Shown: positions 17,501-29,897, counted from the first letter of the stretch. The stretch: 35,432 nucleotides of DNA from Macrostomum lignano (GCA_002269645.1 NIVC01004769.1:1-35432), one strand, 5' to 3'. The notes: generated from the sequence alone by a model not told the origin. A program made the numbers and translations.

Positions 17501-18758
17501 GTTGCCTAGCAACAGGCTGCACAGCAAGAAATTGCCCCTCTTTCGAACCGGGATTATTCTCTTGGCGTGCGCCCGTTCTGACGGGCTGCCGGCGCGGCAG
17601 ATGATCTTTAGTTCACCAATGTCCAAAGCCATCAGGCCGAGGTTCAGGCCCGAGAACAGGCCTGCATGTTTAGGCCAGAATTGATGCATAATATTTCAAA
17701 TTCAACATGATTTTATAAACTCTAAATGTTATTAATCTTTGCACAAACCTAATATTGTCTTCATCAAACTGTTTCAGACTCTTCAAGCTTCATCAAACCG
17801 CACCCAGACTCTCCTAGCTTCATCAAACTGCACCTAGACTCTTCAAGCTTCATCAAACTGCATTCAGACTCTCCTAGCTTCATCAAACTGCACCTAGACT
17901 CTCCTAGCTTCATCAAATTACATCGAGAGTCTCCTAGCTTCATCGAATTGTACCTAGATTCTTCAAGCTTCATCAAACTGCATCCAGACACTCCTAGCTT
18001 CATCATCAAACCGCACCTAGACTATTCTTGCTTTATCAACCTGCACCTAGACTATCGTAGCTTCATCAAATTGTACCCAGTTCTTCAAGTTTGGGTTAAC
18101 TAAATTTAGACTTTCCCAGCTTAAATCCAAGTGGCTTAAAACCCAATGCACTGGCCCACAGAGTATTCCAGCTTCCTATCTTACCGGACAGTAACATCAG
18201 AGCCACTGTAAAGCAAATCTTAGCCCACAAAGGCAGTGTTTCTTTAGTCACGTAGAACCTTGGTCCGCCGTCAGAGCCACCAGGATAGCGCCACCGATGC
18301 TCTTCAGTAGAATCCGATTTTTTTGCCACCTTTGTAGTCCAGTTACCGTGTAGACACAGTAGTAGATAACCGCCCGACGGCATTGGCACCAGATCGCTAG
18401 GCACGGTTACCATAGCAACAGCTGTTAGACCAGTTTCTCCAGGTTTCAATCTGAAACTAGTAGGCAGTTTGGCATCCAGACACAGGCCATTGTCGTGATG
18501 GGTATTGGCAAAGGCTAGCCGGTCGAGTGCTTGCAGACCGCGACCGTAAAGACGTATTGATAGTTGACCTCCCAGTGGCACCTTTTGGTGACCGCCAGAC
18601 TCAGCGGCCTCCCAGCTGAGGCTGTCCCCAGAGCCATCCGACCTGGGGAATGCCACGGCGTCGGAAACTAACACATCATCGGAAGCGGCGGCGGCTGTGG
18701 CAGCGACTGAAACAGCTATGGCGGCCAGGCTGGCAAAGACTAAGGCCAGAATAGTTGG
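11548..18758 (-). CDS. CNNM: CNNM/ACDP metal (Mg2+) transporter, 7 exons: complement(join 18758..18185, 17661..17249, 15232..14695, 13931..13803, 12972..12882, 12738..12581, 11873..11548); initiator Met not found in the first exon
   Basis: The exons join in frame through GT-AG (2229 nt to TGA). DUF21 motifs SGLFSGLNLGLMALD, LLCSLLLGNV and FGEIIPQA; CBS pair (GFTRIPIY...GMVTLEDILEEIIQEEIEDETD); CNBH domain (IYRRGVPADYAVFILEG, FLPDYWARAQQNLQYLRLSRAQY). The last three small exons are somewhat less certain. Confidence 0.92.
13071..13798. repeat. 28-bp minisatellite, about 26 copies (CTGGGAGGCTGGCMCAGCAACTGAGGAT), in CNNM intron 4
   Basis: Visible tandem array with 28-nt period, starting a few bases from the donor at 13802. 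Confidence 0.97.
14217..14667. repeat. 21-bp minisatellite, about 21 copies (TAGGTGGGCGYCCCTGTCTCT), in CNNM intron 3
   Basis: Visible tandem array; same unit family as 5472..5722. Confidence 0.97.
15259..16959. repeat. About 23-bp minisatellite, roughly 70-75 copies (ATCAGATCAATCAGTGACTTTCY), in CNNM intron 2
   Basis: Visible 1.7-kb array with variant units and an approximately 410-bp higher-order duplication. Confidence 0.97.
17759..18090. repeat. 30-bp minisatellite, about 11 copies (TTCATCAAACTGCACCTAGACTCTCCTAGC), in CNNM intron 1
   Basis: Visible tandem array with 29-30 nt period; it produces the spurious MKLGESRCSL-repeat ORF. Confidence 0.95.
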
Positions 18759-21700
18759 CTGGAAATACAAGAAAATCTAATTAACTTTTCAAAGTTCTTT
18801 AACCGCCTATCAAGGTTGTCTTTCGCTATTGCCCAGTTCGGTCAATATATAAGCAGACTCAAGTCCCGCGTGTTCCTCTAGCTCTGGTGACAGGTGTTGT
18901 GTACAAGTTATCTTGTTCTGTGGATCAGAAAATTTCCTATATATAGGGAAAACCATGCAAAAGACATAATACATATACACTAGAGCGAGAAAAGAACTCC
19001 TTCTCGGCTACAATAGCTGTTGTGACAAGAAGCAAACTTAACAGTTCAAAATTATCGATCGTTGTCAAACAGAATCTAGGATTAGCATATTTGAATCAAA
19101 CTACACCAAGTCACCAAGTGCGCAGTGAATTCCAGCCCAGTATTGACTTTTGAGTGACGCAACTTGCGCCACGCGACGCAGAGTTGGGCTGGGTGATGTG
19201 GGATTGGGAAGAGTGGAGGGCGAAGATTGGATGGATTGAAGCTTCCGCCCGGTTTTCATTGTTTTTTTCAAGAATTTTTTAATACCAAAATGGTTGGCCA
19301 GGTGATAGACTCTGGTTGAAAGATACTGCTCACCGGGGGCAAAGGGTGGCGACTTTTCAATGTTGCTGAGTATATTTCTCAGACCCTGAAGATGGCCCTT
19401 GACGGACCGAAATGTGTTGGCTGATTTATTTAACTAAAGCAACGTATGTTGGTTTTTTGGTTTTTATTTCAGTTAAATTAATGTTAGCTAGTTAAGCTGT
19501 AGTTTGCAGGGCCGAAGGTCGTTGCAATTCGAGGCGGTGGCGTACGCAGGGGGGGGGGCAGGTTCTCCGATAAGTAAAATAAGCAACAACTTTGTCGACA
19601 TCATCCCACGACGGGCGCTGAGGAAATTCTGGTCATTCCGCTGACTCCTTAGCACATTCAAGCGCGCCAATACTGTACGCAGGCACACACACTCGCTCAC
19701 CGTCACAGGCATATACACTCACTGCGTCTTTAGAATAGGCCTTTATGTGCGTGAAGCGCAGTATAATTTTCGTGCATGAACTCCAAATTAAATGGAATCT
19801 AACATACTTTAGTGCAATTTTTTAAATCTGAGTTAATCTGCCCCTGCAAAGAGCATTGTTTAAAAAGTTGATGTAATTTGAACAAATGACATGATGGGAA
19901 AACTAAAAGAAAGAAATAGCACACAAACCAATTTTTAATAAAGTCAAGAATTACATTGACCTCTGTAGTAAAACTGTTCCAGTTTTGTTGTAAATTAAAA
20001 GTTTTTATCTTTTTTCTACTTTTACTTTAGCTAAAAACAGGAGACAGGAGCCTTCTTAAGAATTAAACTCACTATTTCTAGAATTGAAACTAGATGATGA
20101 TAGATAAATTGATAGAGCCACTTATTTTTAGTACATAGGATATCATATAGTGCTTTCTAAATAAAACTAGTGTATACTACAAATTTACTAAACAATTGAA
20201 TATAATGTTGAATATTCTATTTTATAAAAAAGAAATATAAGCCTGCATTAATACATAAAAATGAACACATTCAACAATCAGTAAATCAGTAACAAAATTG
20301 AACATACAAATTTTCCAAACTTATTTAAACTTTATTTTTTAATAAATTTTATAAAGTTGAAACAAAATTTAAGTTTTTTGAAAATATCATTTTTATTTAA
20401 CAAAATAAATCGAAAAAACACCCTTTTATTACCAAGTATTGTATAAAATGTAATTAAGACATATGTTAACAATAAAGAAGAATCACTATTGGACAGTATT
20501 TTTCATAGAAATTAGAGGTTTATTATGTTTCTTAGCTATCAACGTTTAAAAAAATTCACTTAAAATTTGATATATACATTCATACATCACTAAGCACTTG
20601 GAAAAAAAGGAAATGAATAATTTTTACTTAATTAATAGCTCTAATTTCAATAAGGACGACAAAAGGGACAAAGATAATATAGCTGCATGAACTTTTTATG
20701 GACCACAAAACGGTAGATCAATTAAGAGGTTGGCTCTCATAGTTTTTTCCTTGCTTTTTATTGATAATCTAAAAAGTCACGACTAATTAGTCGTAAACAC
20801 ATGCATTCTGCACGTGTAGTAATCTGCACGCAATGTACAGTTAAGTTAGTTACGTTTTAAATTATCGTGCCAACAGTCACAACATCTAAACAAAGCTTCC
20901 ATGCTAAATAATATAAGCTTACTTTTTTCTGTCCCCTAAACTTTTAAACAAAAAAAACTAAAAAATGTAAGCATAAGATTCATGTATATATTTCAATGTG
21001 TGGTACCCGAAAAACGGAAAATAATTCAAAATTTCGGTTTTTGGCGCCAAATTTCGAGTAAAGTATTTTAAGTAGATCATGCTCAGTGTTTTAATTAGAT
21101 GCTTATAGTCTGGCCCAGGGACACTGATTCCCAAAACAATATGCAAAATTTAGGAATTTGTCGTTTTATATTTTTGGTTTTAAAATTTTAATTGTACCCC
21201 TGCTGATATATAAAATCCAACGCCACTGTGCGCAACGCCACTGTGCTGAAAAATTAGGGACAAAACTTGGCTGAAATGCCTGAACGTCTACGAGAATCGA
21301 ATTAGGAGGGGAAAACTGTAAAATCAAAAGTATGCTTGCTTTGACTTTTCTAGTAAATTATTTGAAAATTAAGTCGTCATCTAGAATTTATTAGAATCTA
21401 TAGTTAACTGGCGATTTGTATGTGCACATGATGGCAGTCAGTTTTCCAGCAGTAAGTTTGTCGGAATTCAATTTTTGGAAGGCAGTAGCTAAGCTTTCTT
21501 TTTAGATCCTGGCGTAGAGTATATGTAAATCGCACTGTCACGTACATACAACTGCACGTAGTACAGGTTAGTCTTGCTAAATTTCAGTGTACAACAATCG
21601 GACGTCGCGGCGACTTCGGCCGTCATTTCAGCCGAAATCATGACGTCGTTATATCCGTCAATGAAATGCAAAAGTACATATTTGTCAGCAGCATCGATAG

Positions 21701-23070
21701 ATCTCGGGATCGTCGTCAGCAGACGTTGCCGCGATGTCGGAAAATAAGGATATTCGAGAGTAAATCAAATTTAAGTAATTAGCTAAATAATGATTTAAAG
21801 TTTTACGCTCGTACTTTAAGTTATGTCTTTGTGCATGGCCGTAGAGCGCGCAGTATCTGACTCGCGAACTGAACTGATTCTAAACGATTTTACACATAGC
21901 TAGACCATTTGGCAATTGTTAAGACGTAGGTCAGCTTGCTCTAGACTGCCATTGCAATTTTGGCTAATGGGTACCTGCTTTGTTTACTAGTTAAAAATAC
22001 CAATTTAAAGATGAAAGGACAAAGAGGCATAGTAGCTAATTACTTTTCGTGCATTTCTAATTTATTACTTTTATTATATTGGGTGCCGCCTACACAGCTG
22101 GTTTGAATGCTGCATTTAGAAAATTTGTTTCGAAAAAGTTCTTTTTTTGTCCTCAAAGTTTAAAAAGTAGCTTAGCTAAGTTTTGGCAAAGGAAGAAAAA
22201 TAAGCAAGTCTCTTCGAAACCTGCGCGCTTATGGAATAGCTGTATCCAGAACGTGGAGCACTGTGAAACTTCACTCTATTCGATGCAAGCCTCAATTATA
22301 CTAATTATAGACCTGACTAGCAATGACTGCCTTCGGCTGTCTGTCCCGAGTCCCAACCCAGTCCACTGCTTCATCAGCTGTAGAGAAGATAGAAAAATAG
22401 CAAAAAAGAATGAACAAATTGAATGAATGAGATGCACAACTGTCACCCGCGCTAAGGCCAATCGCAAAGCAGTGAGCAGTTATATTTCGTCTTTTCATCG
22501 GGCAGCTGCCCCTAGGTTTTATGTCGGCGCGCTTCTGTCACAATGTCTTTGGAAAATTTTTCTGCGATTTAGCTGGCACCGCCACTCTAAGCATTGTTCG
22601 GCGCTAGCCGTCAGTGTTCCGCTTTTTCAAGGTCGAGAAGAGCTACTGTAGCTATCAGAATCGGCCAGCCGCTTCAATTGTAAGTTTTGAAATCAAAAAG
22701 CATTTTAGTTCCGAAATGCGAAATCAAATACTAATTTGCAACTGTATGGTTTAAATTATTTCCGCGCTTTATAATCAGTTTTAACAAATAAAATAAAATA
22801 GCATGTGATGCTACTAAGACTTATCACTCCTCGGGAGTGGGGAGTAATAAGTTAATTACTTGTTTACTAACTTAGATGCAAATATGATTGCTTAAAATTT
22901 ACTTTGAATAGAATTTAATCAAATTACTCGTAGATACAGTACGATGGATACGAACCCGAATAAAGCAAGCTGGTGTCGGCCACAAAGCCCTTTGATTAAG
23001 TTCACTACCGGTACAAAAATCACAAAGATGTTGAAAGATAAACGTTTTATTAAAAATCATCACTCGATTT

Positions 23071-24065
23071 TTAAGCCTTCTTCTTGCATGCGAAACGGAG
23101 TCGCTCATGACAGCGAGCCGATTTGATTTTTCGACCGTTCAGCGCGACGCAGTTTGTCACGAGGTCGTTGTTGGGATTGTCCGTCTGCCAAGCTGGGAAG
23201 CCTCTGTAGTCACCTGACCTATCAGACCACCTGTAGCACACGGAAGCTCCAGTTGAGTAGTCGATCCTGCACGGATTGAGCTTTAGCAAGCCAGTCCAAA
23301 CGTCCACCGGGCACTCGTCGGTGCTCAAATCCAGCAGGATGAGCGCGCGCACCTCAAGGTCGTTGTGAAGCGACGCCACGTGGGCGCCGCGACCGTTGCA
23401 GTAGAAATCGGCCTCGATGTACGTAGCCGCAAACTTCGGCATGAAGAAGCAGTAGCCGTTGAGATACTTCCAGTTGGTCGGGCAGGGCGTCGGGGCCGGG
23501 GTGCCGGATCCCAAGTTGGGAACTTTGCAAACAAACTTCTGCTTGGCGTGATAGAGATTGTTATACCAGAACCTGTCTTCAAGCGAAATTAGCGGCTGGT
23601 GATAGCCAATAATTCTAGAGAAGTTGTGCGCGTGGTACGAACTGTTGCTCGTCTGACCGTCTGACCATCGGTAGTTGTCTGGCTCTCTCAGCTTGTCAAC
23701 GTCGACGGCGTACCTTCCAGTCCAGACGCTTTCGCAGTACGTCAGCTTGCTAACAAAGATGTTCTCAGCTTTGTCGTAATGCTAGCCAGGTAGCCACCTT
23801 GCCTCTTGCAGTATTCATTTGCAGTGTACCAGTAGTCACGGTTTTCCACATATAGATAGCAATAATCGCGGAAGACAACCCACGACTTGTTTCTGGAGCA
23901 TTGTCCAAAGAAGATTTCATCTTGTGGCGGCGGCGGCGGCGGCGGTGCAGCAGCCGCCTTGACAGGGACAGCGGCCTTCAATGGCTGAGCGAGCGGTTTT
24001 ACACTAGCAGCAGCGTTGCTTGAAGCAAAGGCAAGCGTCAGGATAATTAGCAGTGCAGCTTGCAT
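23071..24065 (-). CDS. Secreted protein with two C-type lectin-like domains, intronless, one frameshift near 23775
   Basis: Signal peptide MQAALLIILTLAFASSNA and a polyproline linker. CTLD1: WVVFRDYCY...YCKRQGGYLASI, continuing after a 1-nt shift as DKAENIFVSKL...VWTG...YRWSDG...FVCK, in frame with ORF 23071..23514. CTLD2: CPTNWKYLNGYCF...VWTGL...YRWSD...NCVAL...CHERLRFACK. Confidence 0.88.
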
Positions 24066-24799
24066 GCTTGACTAGGTATACAATGTCTAGCTGACTACAA
24101 GCTTAGCTATGGCACCTTAGCTATGGTATACTGTATTTATAGACAGCTTGGTTGTCATGGTCAACATAACAGGTCTAAAATGTCTTATCTTTTCCATGCT
24201 CGTAAAATGGCTACAACATTTTTCGACCAAGTCTCAGGGATGTTAAGCAAAAAAGCTTTATCAGTCGTTTTTAATGATCTGCTTTTTAAGAAATGGCGCG
24301 ATTTCATTAGCAAAAAATTTAAAAGAAAAAAGAGAGGTGTGTCGCGACTCCTCTAGCCAATGTTTTTCTGCCGGCCAGGACGAAATTTTTTAAAAGAAGT
24401 TCTTATCAGCCCGACTTCGCTGATTTTCTTTAACTAGCTAGCTAACTAAGAATTTGCGAAGTTTTATCTCACTCTAAGCTGAAAAAATTCTCGCATACAG
24501 TTCAACTCAAATTCATATATTAAACAGTTTATAGGCTTTCCGGTCTCGTTTACAATTTTTGGAAATCTAGAATCTCGAATCTATAAATTCATGTTTGACG
24601 CATTTTTGCGGACGGATGTAAAATCATTTTGAAGAAATGACTTTGTTCTCATGAGTTAGAACCTTGTTTGCCAACACTGTTAGTTTAGTCTGTTGCATAG
24701 GAAAATAATAATGACGCTAATATTATTAATACATATTGAGTATCGTCAATACGATAATTTCAGACACAGATCGCTACAAAGCTCGCCTCCTGCAGTTTC

Positions 24800-27700
24800 A
24801 TGGAGACTGTTCAGTTGACTGTGACTCTGTCCAGGTCTCCGAATTTCGGCTTAGGCATCGAAATATCCGGAGGCATTGACAGTCGACCGATGCACCCCGT
24901 GGCTGGCATCGACGAGGCGCCAGGAGGTGTTTATGTTTGCACGGTGATTTCAGGCGGCCCGGCTGACAAGGTCCTCAAGCCGGGTGACCTGCTGCTGGGC
25001 TGCAATGGTTCCTCGATGCGTCGTGTAACTCACGATGAAGCCATCGCGATGCTGCAGCGAAGTCCTGTGGTCAACCTGCTTATCGAGCGGACTCTCAATG
25101 CCAGGCATCTGGAATCGTCGGACCGGGGAAGCCTGACTTCCGTGAGGACCCCGTTGGCGGCTGTACAAATGGATCGTGCATTCTGGACGGCAAGGAACTG
25201 CAAGACTTTGAAGTTGAAGTGACTTTCGCCGTGCTTTCAAAAGAAACGCGAAAGTGCCAGTTGGCCGTAGTGAAGACTCTGGCGAGAGTGTCAACGGTGT
25301 CTCAGTGGACCAACTGGCTTCTCCAGCTCATTTAGCACGGCTAGTTGACTCCGCCCAATCCAGCACACTAAGATTCAAGCTAGCCAATATGGGACCTTTG
25401 ACACTTTCCAAGGTGGGCTCACAATCTGCAATACAATCTAATGGAAGCGTCACAAATGAAAAACAGAAACAACAGCAGTATCCTTCACATGTAAGCCAGA
25501 AAATGGAAAAAGAGAAGTCTATAACTCTGTCTAATGGCATGAAAGAGTCAAAATATCTTCAAAAACTAAAAGGCAACCATACCAATTGCCTGGGAGCAGA
25601 CCTTGTCACTGGCCAGAAGATTACAACAACAAAGGGCTCAGCGGCGAACCTGGTGCGTCATCAAGACTGAGTGACCACCTGCAAACGACAAAAGCAGGTT
25701 CATATGAAAGTCGCGGAGCTCAGCTGCTTATTGACTCGCATGACGTCAGAGTTCAAGTACAGACTGCTGGTCAAGTAGATGGCCAAGCGGTTTCACGGGT
25801 TCACAGGGCTGTCAGTAACGGGCTAAATCCAAACAACTATTCGGATAGCAAGAACACGAGAAATCTTAATTCAGCTGAGCCGATTAGGCTTCGGAAATTT
25901 GGAACGACATCCGATCCGATGGAGCTTCGGCAACTGCCAGCTGAAGCCGAAGCTCGCAACGAAGTTCGACAAACAACAGGCTTGCAGCCAAAATTGGTAT
26001 TGTCAAGTACCGCTGCCTCTTTACTTCAAGAGCGTCCAATGACAGATAAACGACTTACCGAGACACAGCAAAGTAAGACAGAAGTCGGCAATGGCTACGG
26101 TAGACAATCAGATGTGCAGGGTGGTCGGAAATATGATCAATCGTTTGTGCACAGAAAAATAGTCAAGCCGACAATAAACCTCCCTGAATCAAATTTAGTC
26201 GTTATGGAGCAGTCAAAGTGGAGCTCCAGCGTAGATCAAAGTCGACCGTTAATATCTCAAACGTCCGGTGTATCCTCGGTGAGGGAGCCAAAGGAGAATC
26301 AGGAAATTGTTACGAAGCCAGCGCATTTTCCCGAACGTCAACAGCAAACAAACGCGTCAAATTATTTTCAAGACTTTTCATGGCCGGAAAAAAATTCCAG
26401 GTCTGTAAACGCAGAAGAGAGCAGAAATACCAATAATTCACGCACACTGATCAGTCAACCTCTTTGCGGGAGCTCTGACGCGAAGAAATCAAATAATTTA
26501 ATCAAGTCCGGATCCAATATTGTCAATAGAAAAGATATACAAGAATTCATGGATGAATTGCTGCCGCCAAGGCAAGCCGAGAAGGCGACTTTCTATCTAG
26601 GAAAGCCGTCAAGTGAAACATGGAATCTTCCATCGAGCTTTATCGAGGAATGTCAACACTTTTCGTCAAGTCGCACCCGATATAGTCAACTTACCGACGC
26701 GCCAGACAGTCAACCAGGCGAGAAGACCATCCGGGTCGTGCCCGACCTCGACGGATCGATCGGCGTGCGGCTGGACGGTGGTAATGCGGTCGGAATATTT
26801 GTGCGCCAGGTGACCCCAGGAGGCGCAGCCGATAGAGCGGGCATCCGTCCGAGCCACCGACTACTCGCCATCAACGAAAAGAGCATTGCCCGAGCCACGA
26901 AGGAAGAGGCCATGCTTTTACTACTGCGAGCTAACGGCCAAGAGCTTCAGGTTCGTTTGATTTACGACCAGGCTGGTTATCGAGCTTTCGTCGCGAGCCA
27001 AAAACCGGGGGAAAACTTCTTCGTGCGGGCGCACTTTACCTACTCGACCCCGGCGCCGGGCGAGACGGCTTTTAGACGAAATTCCGTGTTCCAGGTAAGA
27101 GATACTCTTGTAGGCGGAGTTGTTGGTAGCTGGGAGGCTGTGCGAGTTCATCCGCTGCCAGCCGAGACCGAGGCCTCTTTGATTCCGTGCGCAAATCGAG
27201 CTGACCAGATCGTCATGGCGAACGCTGGCAGCGAGCTGCCAACAGCGTTCCCTCCGTACGAGCGGGTGGCTCAACGCCGGGCAACCTTCTGCCGGCCTGT
27301 GGTCATATTTGGTCCGTTTGCCGACCGCGTGCGGAACTATTTAGTAGCTACTCATCCAGACAGGTTCGAGCTACCGAAGCATTCGGGACCCACAGTGAGT
27401 TTAAGTGACCTGATATTTATGAGTTGCTAATTTCCCGCTTATGCTCTGAAATTTCAACTTAAAACCCGGTGGTTCCACTGCAAGGTGAAACTATCCGAAA
27501 TTCGCTCTGTGGTTGCCCGCGGCAAGCATTGCGTCCTAGATTTGAACCCGGTGGCGGTGGACCGTCTCTGCTTTGCTCAGCTGGCTCCCATTGTGCTATA
27601 CGTGCGAGCCGCCAATCGCATGGTGGTGAAGAAGATTCGTAAAGAGCGCGGCTCGAAGCGTCTTTACCAAGACAGCTGCAGGATGGAGCGATGGTGCAGC

Positions 27701-28516
27701 CACCTATTCACTGGGGGTTCACGGTGGACCAGCCGGACTTGAACCCGTTGCTAGCTGGACTCGACGGCCTCATTCATCTGCAGCAGTGCCAGACACTCTG
27801 GCTGGCTGAAAAGGACGAACGATTAATCAGAGCGTTGTCGGAGCCCAGTCTCTGCTGTTCAAGTGAGTCGCCTTCAATGTGTTTTCTGAGTAGCAAATTG
27901 CTTTTTATGTATATAATAAACTATTCAGCTTAAACAATACTGAATCCGAGCAGAGTCCAACAAGCAAGACTTGGAGCTGCCAATCTATTCAATGATTAGT
28001 GAAAAACACGACAGAAACGAATGGATGACCTGCGTTCATCACATGGAGGATCAACAGTTTCAGCAGCGGTACAGCCCGTCAGGCAGCTGCTGCTCGAACG
28101 ATTGTCCGCTATCGGCTCACGTTGGAGACCCAGTGAAACTTCGCAAACAACAGCCCATAGCTCTATGCACAGGGCTGTTTGACTTTGCCGGAGGGCAGCT
28201 GCGCTGCTCGCGAACGGGCGCCACATTGGAGGTTCCACCCAACGCACTGGCTCTCGGGCGTCTTCAACGCCTTCAACTGGCTGTACTGGGCGCTCAGACG
28301 CTGCTTCTTGGACCACCTGGCGTTCGATTTCAAAAGCATCTGACTGTTCGCCTGCCGGCCGGATGGAGGAGCGGTCGAATTGTCACGGGAACTTTGAGCG
28401 AATCTGGAGAAGTGACCAAGTGGACAGAGCTGCACTGGCCGTTGGCTGCTGCGAAATCCAGCGAGGGCATTGTCAGCTATACTGGCGATACCTTTGCGGC
28501 CACAGGTGCAGCTTAG
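24800..28516 (+). CDS. TJP1: Tight-junction ZO-1/polychaetoid-like MAGUK (PDZ1, degenerate PDZ2, PDZ3, SH3, GUK, ZU5); introns 27395..27484 and probably 27863..27953; several frameshifts
   Basis: PDZ1 VTLSRSPNFGLGIEISGG; PDZ3 GSIGVRLDGGNAVGIFV; SH3 GENFFVRAHFTY; GUK PPYERV...RPVVIFGPFAD and KHCVLDLNPVAVDRL...HLFT; C-terminal ZU5 GLFDFAGGQL...GPPGVRFQKHLTVRLP. This domain order is diagnostic of the ZO family. Frames change about three times in 25100-25670 and once at GGGGG 27713-27717. Confidence 0.87.
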
Positions 28517-29447
28517 AAGATGCGTTTGAACAATTTTTACCTAGATAACGACGTTTTTTAATCATAAAAGTTTTCGCTGACTGTAGCTGGTACCCTACAG
28601 CAATCCGACGTCGATGAGTCAATTGTTTTGCATTACACCGACCTTCAGGTGACGTATGACGTCATTATCCCTCGGCGTAATTGAAAAATTCCCATTTTCA
28701 AGCGACATCGACGTCGGATACGTCGGATTTCTTTCATACGTCGGCGGAATTCGAAATTTTGCACTGGATAGTTACATTTTATGCACGCAGAAGTGGTTCT
28801 CACCAAGCACCTTGCGCTCAATATATAAATGCTCGACCCGAAGAGAAACAAAAGTAAATTTACGCTCGTATTTAGCTATTCACTAGAAAGAGTCCAAGTG
28901 TAATCTTTTACTCCCTCAAAAAATTGTATACACTTAGCATGAAAAACTTTGTCACTTTATAAGCAAAGCAAATACTCTTAGTTGCATGGCAATAGTCATT
29001 ATTATTACTATCCTTAGTATTAGCAATGCAGCGTACAGTAAATTCTATTATTATTTGATAAAATGTCATACTGAATCGTCATTGTACTTTGCGGATAGCG
29101 TATGCCGGAATAGATTTTTTGAAATGTAAGATGTTTTAAAATGTTTTTTGCGATTTCAAATACTTTCTTGTGACAATATACACAGCATGCGTTTACAGGC
29201 TCTGTGCACAAGTGTTGAGACACAAACTTCATACAGTGATGTCATGCATTTAGTTTTGCGATAAACGAAATTGGATGAAAGAAATTTATAAATCTTAGCG
29301 CTACAACTTAGCGCTGAAAACTGGAGAATTACAATTGATTTGGTGGGGGAGGTTATCGGAAGTCTCATTTCCAGTTAGCGTCATATATTGATTTGTCTAC
29401 TGTATGTGCGAAATAGTAGTAAAATACTTTGTGGAGCAAACTAAAAT

Positions 29448-29897
29448 AACGCTCGATATTCTCTATGGATGCGAGAGCTGGACTCTGGGGAAGAAAAGTA
29501 TGGAGACACTCACACCGTTTGAAATTAAATGCTACAGAATAATGCTAACGAATACCATGAAAGAGAAAAAGACAGATGCCTGGGTTTGGGGTAAATTGAC
29601 GGAGGTACTATTGGAAAAGGAACCAGAATCTGTAGAAGAGATTATCAATCAAATTAAGTTCAGATATTACGGACATCAGACGAGGAAGGGAGGGGTGGCA
29701 AATGTCTGTATTCGAGGAGGAATAGAAGGTAAAAGAAGAAGAGGAAGACCGAAAAGGCAGTGGAAGGATGACCTGAAGGAAGGACAATGGAAAGGTTAAG
29801 AAGAGCAGCGAAGGATAGGTAGTGGTGGCGGAAGCTGGCCTGCATAAATGGGTGCCCCCACAGCCATGACGGCTACGGCAACGAAGAAGAAGAAGAA
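29448..29897 (+). mobile_element. 5'-truncated non-LTR retrotransposon (RTE-like LINE) 3' fragment
   Basis: ILYGCESWTL...FEIKCYRIML...YYGHQTR...GKRRRGRPKRQWKDD is the typical post-RT C-terminus of RTE-like LINEs. It is followed by a short 3' UTR and a (GAA)5 tail at 29883-29897. No target-site duplication was seen. Confidence 0.85.

Noticed and set aside
19488-19604. 38-aa peptide MMSTKLLLILLIGEPAPPP... as a secreted peptide or first CNNM exon
   Set aside because: No phase-0 donor as written and a G10 homopolymer makes the frame unreliable. Kept only as an alternative to the leader-AUG model.
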